Assembly: GCA_965153285.1 (NCBI GenBank)
Contig: OZ229110.1
Origin: Podarcis tiliguerta
Taxonomy: Eukaryota
DNA length: 64,000 bases
Direction: 5' to 3' (one strand)
Shown: positions 62,594-64,000 of the stretch, in pieces
How positions within the stretch are numbered: position 1 is the stretch's first letter
How the letters are laid out: every line of letters starts with the position of its first letter
The notes under the pieces: model-generated
What the model was told of the DNA's origin: nothing
Databases searched by the model: none
The model's input: the letters and a program-made list of their open reading frames with translations, nothing else
Position numbers and translations under genes: made by a program

Positions 62594-64000
62594 ATCTACA
62601 AGACGTGTCGCAGAAAAAGTAGGTGTGCCGCACCAAAGCGCCACACCAAAATAACAATGCATCTCTGACACCTCCTTTTCAACACTGAAAGTACTCTGCC
62701 TCCAGCCAGTGGTACTGACTTATCTTTGTCAAAAAGGCAGATAAACCAGCACCACTGCATGTGCACAAAAATACATGCACACAGGTCCTTTCCACCAAGG
62801 GGCAAAATATTAGGTGCAAAGGCCTTTATTCTGCTCCTATAGAGCAAGTAACAAGCCATTTAGCAGCCTTTGAGCTAGGCCTAGTATATGATAAAGGCTG
62901 CTCCAGCACATATTAGAATTTTGATCAGCCCTGAAAATAGCCCTTTGTGCAATGTTCTTGACCACATTTTTTTTTCTCCACAGTTCAACTATTTGCAGCA
63001 TCAGAAGTTTTATTTTCCTTCAATCATCTTTGTACAAAACAATTTATTTCTCTCTGAAGTATATTTAGATATGAATTTTGCATGGTTTGTTTTTTAAAAA
63101 AATAATTGCCAGAAATGTGCTAATCTGCTTTAGCAGATAGTTTGCTATTTGATGACTCCAGGCAAAGCAGGAAAGCTGTAATCAATACAATGAAGAAAAG
63201 TGATTTGGAATTATACTCATTTCCCCCCCCTAAAAATCAAAGGTATTTTCTAGGTATTGTCAAGCAGACAAGCACATATTGATTTATAGTTATTGCACAC
63301 GGCAGGAAGATTGTTTGACACATTATGACTGCATTAGCTTTGTGTGCTATTTCGCAAGCATTGTAGTTAGCAGGGGAAATGTTTTGTTCTTTGTTAGTCG
63401 ATTTGTTTAACAACCGCATCCCCAAACACTAAGCTATTTCTTTAATTATGGGAGGGGGGAAATGGCTATGGTGTAAAGATGATAAACTATCAAAACAAGC
63501 TGCTTATTCCTGACAAGCCACAATAAGCTATAAAATCTAGCTTACTTTTACGTGCAAACATGACTAGACAACTACTGTAGATCATATAGGGGAATCTATT
63601 GTAAAATGTGGCTTGTGGACTCAAGGGATTCCCTCCCACATTGACTTGTGTGTTGAGGAGTCTCTCCCTTCATCTCTGCCATGAAACCTTAAACACCCCA
63701 TACAGAATTCTTGTGAGTGGTCTATGGAGAACACTCCAGTTCAATGGAGCACTATCCATGCCTTTTAGGTGTCGCCACTACCACTGTAGAGCTGAAAACG
63801 TAATGTAAAACCACAAATTCAAAAGGCTTCCTGCATGCTGGTGAGCATGATGTCCATGCATATACCACAACATGCAAATACTCAAAGTATGTACAGGAAA
63901 AGGGGTGTAATCCCCCTCCCCACTAGTCCCTGATCTTTCCTGTGTTGCACAGGGAAAGTCTATAGTGGGCATCTAGTCACATTCACCTGAACACAAGTCA

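Overview
Vertebrate nuclear DNA, most likely a squamate (lacertid-like) lizard, judged from five Sauria SINEs and reptile-type CR1, L2, Penelope and MITE families. I could not support any host protein-coding exon, so the window reads as a large intron or gene desert: AT-rich unique sequence plus many transposon relics, several of them nested. The dominant feature is a near full-length CR1 LINE on the minus strand (about 14609-18966). It has an open ORF1 (zinc finger, coiled coil, SGNH esterase), an open ORF2 (APE endonuclease plus RT), an (ATTCTATG)n tail and a 5' UTR built from 150-bp tandem monomers. The most interesting signal is at its ORF1/ORF2 junction. ORF1 ends in a correctly phased U_UUA_AAC slippery heptamer directly before the stop, and ORF2 lies in the -1 frame, which suggests programmed -1 ribosomal frameshifting into a ~1318-aa ORF1-ORF2 fusion. 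Repeat family names come from recognition of motifs, terminal inverted repeats (TIRs) and target-site duplications (TSDs), not from a database search. Almost all other ORFs in the supplied track look like noise.
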